The notes under the pieces were generated by a model. That model saw nothing but the letters and a program-made list of their open reading frames with translations. It was not told where the DNA came from and searched no databases. From the sequence record OR836606.1: a stretch of DNA of 64,000 nt, one strand, 5' to 3'. The translations under genes were made by a program, and so were the position numbers. Shown here piece after piece: positions 59,701-64,000 of the stretch. The stretch's first letter is position 1, and each line of letters starts with the position of its first letter.

Positions 59701-62700
59701 TATCAGGAACATTTACTGACAGTAATGTAGAATGGTCTTTAATTAAGGATGAAGATATTCCTAATGCAGAAGAAGATGATGATCCTGAAGAATTTAATGG
59801 ATGGTATCATCGTCAAAGTTTAATAACTAAAGAGAATGTTAGAGGCACTAATGGTTTTCTATATGGCGCTTTTTACATGACTTTATACTTTAAAGTAAAC
59901 CAATCTGAAGATTCAGATATAATTGAATTTGAAGATGGATCGAATGAACCTAAATTCTGGGTTACTAATTTAGAAATGTATGACGTTACTGGATTAGAGT
60001 CAGTTAAGAAAACAGTCATAGATACCAATGAATTAGTTGCCACTATGATGACTAAAAAAGAAATGGATGATTATCGTAAACAAGTGGTTGATAGTTTCTC
60101 TAACGTTAGTCAAACAGTGGAAGCTATTAGACAAGAAGTAACTAAAAAAATAGAAGATCTAGATGATGAAATAATTAGAGATATAAGTTCTAGACTAGAA
60201 ACTGTTGCAGGAGAAATTTCTGCTATATCTGAAGAACAAAAAGTAACTAAAGAAAATATTACTAATTTAGAGGGTAGTCTAAAAGTAGCCACTGATAATA
60301 TCACAACATTAGTTTCTAGAATAGATAGAAGTGATGAAAATTATTCATCTCTATTTACTGAAGTAGAACAACTTGATAATAGATATACAGTTACTGCTGA
60401 AAAAGTTGAAAAACAAGGTGAGAATATTACGGACCTCTCAGGTAAATTAACAGTTGCTAATGATACCATAACTCAAGAAGTCATAGATAGAAAATCTGCG
60501 GTTAATGACGTTATGGAATCTTCTAAAGCTCTAATTAAAGTTGAATCCGATAGAATTACTAATTTGGTAACTAGACAAGAAGCTACAGATAATACTGTAT
60601 CTAATTTAGAAACTAATATTACTGCTGAAATTGGTAGAATTGATCAAAGAGTTACTTCTGAAACTAGTACTGAAGCTCTAGCAGGTAAAATTAAAATTGG
60701 TACTAAGAATATGCTATCTGGTACTGAAAAATTTGATTTACCTTTTTTAGCTAGCATTACTAAAAGAGATAATAATGGTATTACTTATGCTAATACTAAA
60801 ACAGGTTTAGCTGAAGTTTCTCAAATAGTTGCAGTTAAACCTAATACGAATTATGTGTTAAGTTATGATGCTTATTCAGCAGCCGCCTCTCCAGTAATTA
60901 AAACACCTATTACAAGAGCTTCAAGTCTAACTAATGAGATTTCACCTAAAGATTATCTTATTACTATGGCTGAATCTGCTAAGACATTGACAACAACTCC
61001 TACTCGTTATGAGCTGAGATTCAATTCTAGAACAAACAATTTCATTAAAATTCAGTTCACTGCAGATAATGCGACTAAAGATACTTATGTGGGTCATATT
61101 CAATTAGAAGAAGGAAATGTATCTTCCGCTTGGGATATTTCTCCGGGGGATTATAAGAGTAGATTTACTAAAAATGAAACTCGTATAACGCAAACTGAGA
61201 GAGATATAAATTTAAATACTTCTTCTATTACAGAATTAGATAATAAGACTACTAATCAATATAGTCAACTAAAATTAGAAACTGATAAAATTACTTCCAT
61301 AGTTAGTAAGCAGGAAGAAATGGACGGAAAAATTTCTGCCAACACTTCTAGTATTAAACAATTACCAAATAGTATTTTATTAGAATCTAGAAAGATTACT
61401 AACGAAGAAGTTGATAAGGTTATTCTTAAAAACCCTAACTTAGCTTTAAGAACGAGAAGTAGAACAGATAAGAATAACATTGAAGTAGTAAATGGTTTAG
61501 CATTTAATACTCCTATAACATCTTCTTCTAACTGGGAATTCTGGGGATATGATAAAACAGCTTATGATATAGCCAAATCAAGTTACCAAATGTATTTGGA
61601 TTCCTTAGCTGAGGGAGTGACTGACTATGCTGAAAACTTATTAATTGGTACTACTTTGTCTAAACCGCCTGAAGGTTTTGGTTCTCCAATGGTAAGAATA
61701 CTTACAGATGAATATGGTGATCGTTATGCCGATGTTACTAAACTAGCCTTTTCAAATTCAGGTATTGTTTTTTCTAGAACAGCACCTAATTCGACTTCAT
61801 TATCTGCTAATACTAAGTATAGATTGAGTTTTGAATATAGTACAAGAGATGTTATAGGATTTAATTATCTCTATATTATGACTGAAGGTTCAGCCCCTAA
61901 TATAAGTCTTACATCATTATTGTCAATAGAACAAGGTTCTCCAACTGTATTAAGCTCATCATTAGACGGTGACAAAAAGGAATGGAATACATGGACCGGT
62001 ACATTTACTCTTAATACAGATGTTGATTCGGGTTCTATTATGATTGCACATACCAACTCTAATGGCTCTAGATTCTTAATTAAGAACGTCATGTTAACTG
62101 AAGGTGAAGCTATATACCCTTGGAATCCTAACACATTAGACTTAAGTGAAGAAGTCGGTGGAGAACAAGAAGTTAATGCAGGGTTATACTTTGATCTAGA
62201 AGGCAATTTTAAACCAGTACCAAAGCAACCTGTAATAGATTACTACAATGACAATGGAGATTATGTATTAATAGATACAAATCAGATTCCTAGTGATATT
62301 AACAATATGTTACTTAATACTAGATTTCAATCTAATGATTCATCTGGTTGGAGAGATTGGACTCCTTCTTCAGGAATTAGGGAAGTAAGACCTATATCGG
62401 ATAAAACTATCGGTTTTAAATATGCTCTTTATTTTAAAACAACTGTTGAAAGGAAACAACATGGTTGGGCTCAAGATAATATCACGGTTATGCCTGGTGA
62501 AATGTATACAGCTAGTTGTTATGTTTTCTTTACGTCTGGTTCTAAGGGTAACTTTGTTATTCAAGAAGGATACTCTTCAGCTACTGGAGGATGGAAATCT
62601 AAAGATTTCAGAGTAACTAGTGATATGATAGGTAAATGGGTGAGACTTTCTTGGACCTTTATGGCTAGAAATGAAGTCACTAATATTTATTTCGGTCAGA

Positions 62701-64000
62701 ATAGTACTTCTGGACCTGGTGAATTAATTACAGCCATGATGACCGGTTTTCAATTAGAGCACGGTTCCGTATTAAGTGAATATACTTCTGGAGTATCTGA
62801 TGGATACTATGGAATAATATCAGAACCTAACTCATTTGCTATTAAAAAAGATGAAGAATTGCAAATTGACTTTGATTATAAAGGTGTTGGTGCAGTAGGT
62901 TTACAAGAAAGCTTTATTGTTAATGGAGACAATCTAAATGATACTGGTCCAGCATATAGAACTTATTTAAATGAATTAAGAACTGATCTAGATAAACTTA
63001 GATATGATAACGAATGGAGAACTTACTCATTTAAGGTAAATCCTACCTTTACAGCAACTAATGGGCGTGTTGTATTGGCTTCAGATCAACGAATGAATGA
63101 GAATGCTACTGGAATTTCTGGTGTACGTAATGTTAAAGTGTATAATAAAGAAATACCTAACCAAAATATAACCGGTACTAACTTCTTATTTGAGAAAAAG
63201 TTAGAAGTAGGTACTTCATACAAACTTAATGCAATACTTAATAAAATTAATGAAGCATCTCCTATAACGGAAGTCACTATTATATTCAATGATAGAAGTA
63301 CAAATAACTTTGAAGAGTTTAATTTAAGACCTTCATTTAGTTCTGGTAAAGCTACTTTAAATTATACATTTGTGCCTAAGAAGAATGGTTTAGATGAAGT
63401 TATTATACTTCATGGAAATAAATCTCAACAAGAAACATCCAATCTTATGGAAATATCTGAATTGTCTCTAATAGAAGGCACTTCATTACCTAATCCTTAT
63501 AAGTGGTATCCTAATACCAGAGACACTACAGAATCATTTAAAGAGATTGTATCCCAAATCAATTTAACCCCTGAAACTATTTCTATTAATGCCGATAAAA
63601 TTAATTTGGGTGATGGAGACTTAATTGTAGAGAATAATACAGTTAAAGTCAAGTCTCTTTCTCTTAACCATTTAAGAGGTGGTACGGCGACTTTCGGAGG
63701 AACTGATTATATAGAAGACCCTAACAGCTGGGAATCTATAACTAACCCTGATGGAACTGTTGTTCAAGTTAATAAAAAGATAGCATATAAATATCCTGAT
63801 GGTGTAATTAAAATGCTAGATTCAACTAACAAAGACCAAACTTCTGTAGAAATTAAATCTAGAGGTGCTAGTTGGTTTAAAGAGTTAACTGTGGATAAGC
63901 TTAATGTGTCTAATATCAATGGCGAAATCAATAACTATGTTAGAGAAAATCCTAATACTATTACGTATTATGTAATTGGCAGTTCAGGAAGTGATACCGA
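56721..64000 (+). CDS. Giant tail fibre / receptor-binding protein (>2400 aa, runs off the window; missing from the ORF track)
   Basis: AAAGGATGG SD plus TTG at 56721; frame open wherever I spot-checked it; Tal-like N-terminus, coiled coils, several CBM-like repeats (NLIFNG, NMLSGT, NLLIGT, NMLLNTRF), ends TITYYV. Confidence 0.8.
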   Translation, partial: MISILDKERKRIEGKLVSGTFENVISYEKLVYDFSKKTEIINIEFKSKNYISENTHIIIKDESKNNSEFVCIKEDGLKSSLIPAYVKDLNNIFMNSNKELKGQLKSILSTLLLNTGYNIEYNDLVVDEEITLSKSNKSVFEKLLDILFEKDLSIRHKYDINTNERALIINKGKDLRKSNPKEISGRIPGFEFNVDKPNIKTGLIMYNENNESITVKDSLNQARFIKDENYIFDTMEVKGKTRDEMEEIAFKYLNDSSLNAIDLKMTGLVLRNWTNCHYNKFISSQIFINYKNIKPELIAGFQIYKLERSLFDYNIEKFNFFAKYKNSNEIYKPEMLENYTKYANDDIFIKDNTSSKNNNVKLVESLVNKQLESFKNYINDISGDKYNGVDGLSVLQSNKELNFDAIISDFNLIKSQKDQVVNQLKSIFDSAYLKEDSIKIQVRDKINEIDNEFNKIKSEVNKLNRADQNESLMKDINKSFVEFYFVVNSTKRIIELSNEAINLEMNKLQNEYSHGIKDSVFSEIGRVLGLSYDSKTQKLTGDINVTEDINEVKTSLELMKIKVARIENELNDSDRELKESLIQLKENISKVLGLPLNSESGLIDGTIDKQDTFDLIQEHIQKTKDEIAETKSNLENAKTELEKQKDELDQKSKDIDKAMAEANRVREDLGQELELSKKEFNYYMDSRGDNLIFNGNADQGDESNFPGMYYDNSDAFQSAASFRMEGFNATVSSERLIPINPEKTYKLSMFMKNNTSLPSSIGHLSYDKDGQLIESQHVMGSEKPVIELAQELRQGDKVIYFKSLDGLDDTYRFQSAPLEDEDDTPVYDYDRGGSVILPSDADDILSIDDPNALPDEEDKVIYADDTPEEDKTIEPDVPMPDSDQPVETNSTPLDEEEAIKNMTNNYNVSNAGIINRNINPNLTDYNDNHSLVIWNFKSNDGYNYGESTYSRNVFMNGWDFGAIDRENNCIYLNRPFDLINYDSEDGSFPADTKVSGTFTDSNVEWSLIKDEDIPNAEEDDDPEEFNGWYHRQSLITKENVRGTNGFLYGAFYMTLYFKVNQSEDSDIIEFEDGSNEPKFWVTNLEMYDVTGLESVKKTVIDTNELVATMMTKKEMDDYRKQVVDSFSNVSQTVEAIRQEVTKKIEDLDDEIIRDISSRLETVAGEISAISEEQKVTKENITNLEGSLKVATDNITTLVSRIDRSDENYSSLFTEVEQLDNRYTVTAEKVEKQGENITDLSGKLTVANDTITQEVIDRKSAVNDVMESSKALIKVESDRITNLVTRQEATDNTVSNLETNITAEIGRIDQRVTSETSTEALAGKIKIGTKNMLSGTEKFDLPFLASITKRDNNGITYANTKTGLAEVSQIVAVKPNTNYVLSYDAYSAAASPVIKTPITRASSLTNEISPKDYLITMAESAKTLTTTPTRYELRFNSRTNNFIKIQFTADNATKDTYVGHIQLEEGNVSSAWDISPGDYKSRFTKNETRITQTERDINLNTSSITELDNKTTNQYSQLKLETDKITSIVSKQEEMDGKISANTSSIKQLPNSILLESRKITNEEVDKVILKNPNLALRTRSRTDKNNIEVVNGLAFNTPITSSSNWEFWGYDKTAYDIAKSSYQMYLDSLAEGVTDYAENLLIGTTLSKPPEGFGSPMVRILTDEYGDRYADVTKLAFSNSGIVFSRTAPNSTSLSANTKYRLSFEYSTRDVIGFNYLYIMTEGSAPNISLTSLLSIEQGSPTVLSSSLDGDKKEWNTWTGTFTLNTDVDSGSIMIAHTNSNGSRFLIKNVMLTEGEAIYPWNPNTLDLSEEVGGEQEVNAGLYFDLEGNFKPVPKQPVIDYYNDNGDYVLIDTNQIPSDINNMLLNTRFQSNDSSGWRDWTPSSGIREVRPISDKTIGFKYALYFKTTVERKQHGWAQDNITVMPGEMYTASCYVFFTSGSKGNFVIQEGYSSATGGWKSKDFRVTSDMIGKWVRLSWTFMARNEVTNIYFGQNSTSGPGELITAMMTGFQLEHGSVLSEYTSGVSDGYYGIISEPNSFAIKKDEELQIDFDYKGVGAVGLQESFIVNGDNLNDTGPAYRTYLNELRTDLDKLRYDNEWRTYSFKVNPTFTATNGRVVLASDQRMNENATGISGVRNVKVYNKEIPNQNITGTNFLFEKKLEVGTSYKLNAILNKINEASPITEVTIIFNDRSTNNFEEFNLRPSFSSGKATLNYTFVPKKNGLDEVIILHGNKSQQETSNLMEISELSLIEGTSLPNPYKWYPNTRDTTESFKEIVSQINLTPETISINADKINLGDGDLIVENNTVKVKSLSLNHLRGGTATFGGTDYIEDPNSWESITNPDGTVVQVNKKIAYKYPDGVIKMLDSTNKDQTSVEIKSRGASWFKELTVDKLNVSNINGEINNYVRENPNTITYYVIGSSGSDT

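Noticed and set aside
1-64000. tRNA or rRNA genes
   Set aside because: None recognised by eye; tRNAscan-SE would be needed to exclude them

Overview
A 64-kb, strongly AT-rich segment of a jumbo myophage infecting a Bacillota host. It resembles the AR9/PBS1 group; a Staphylococcus host is plausible but not shown. It holds the virion module (two giant tandem tail lysins, baseplate, tube, sheath, major capsid, prohead protease, terminase and an unfinished >2400-aa fibre), a class Ib RNR cluster (nrdH/I/E/F), a Dda-like helicase and AR9-type AACA-N6-TA late promoters. The main result is a family of eight ORF-less, very small group I introns (127-184 nt). They split nrdE (1), the terminase (4) and the prohead protease (3), leaving micro-exons of 14 nt and 6 nt. 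Removing them at U/G boundaries restores all three reading frames and their conserved motifs. The terminase also carries a 1.9-kb group I intron with an intact tnpB, no transposase, an internal late promoter and an SD-sequestering hairpin, which looks like an IStron domesticated as an RNA-guided homing endonuclease. All calls come from reading the sequence by eye; no searches were run.
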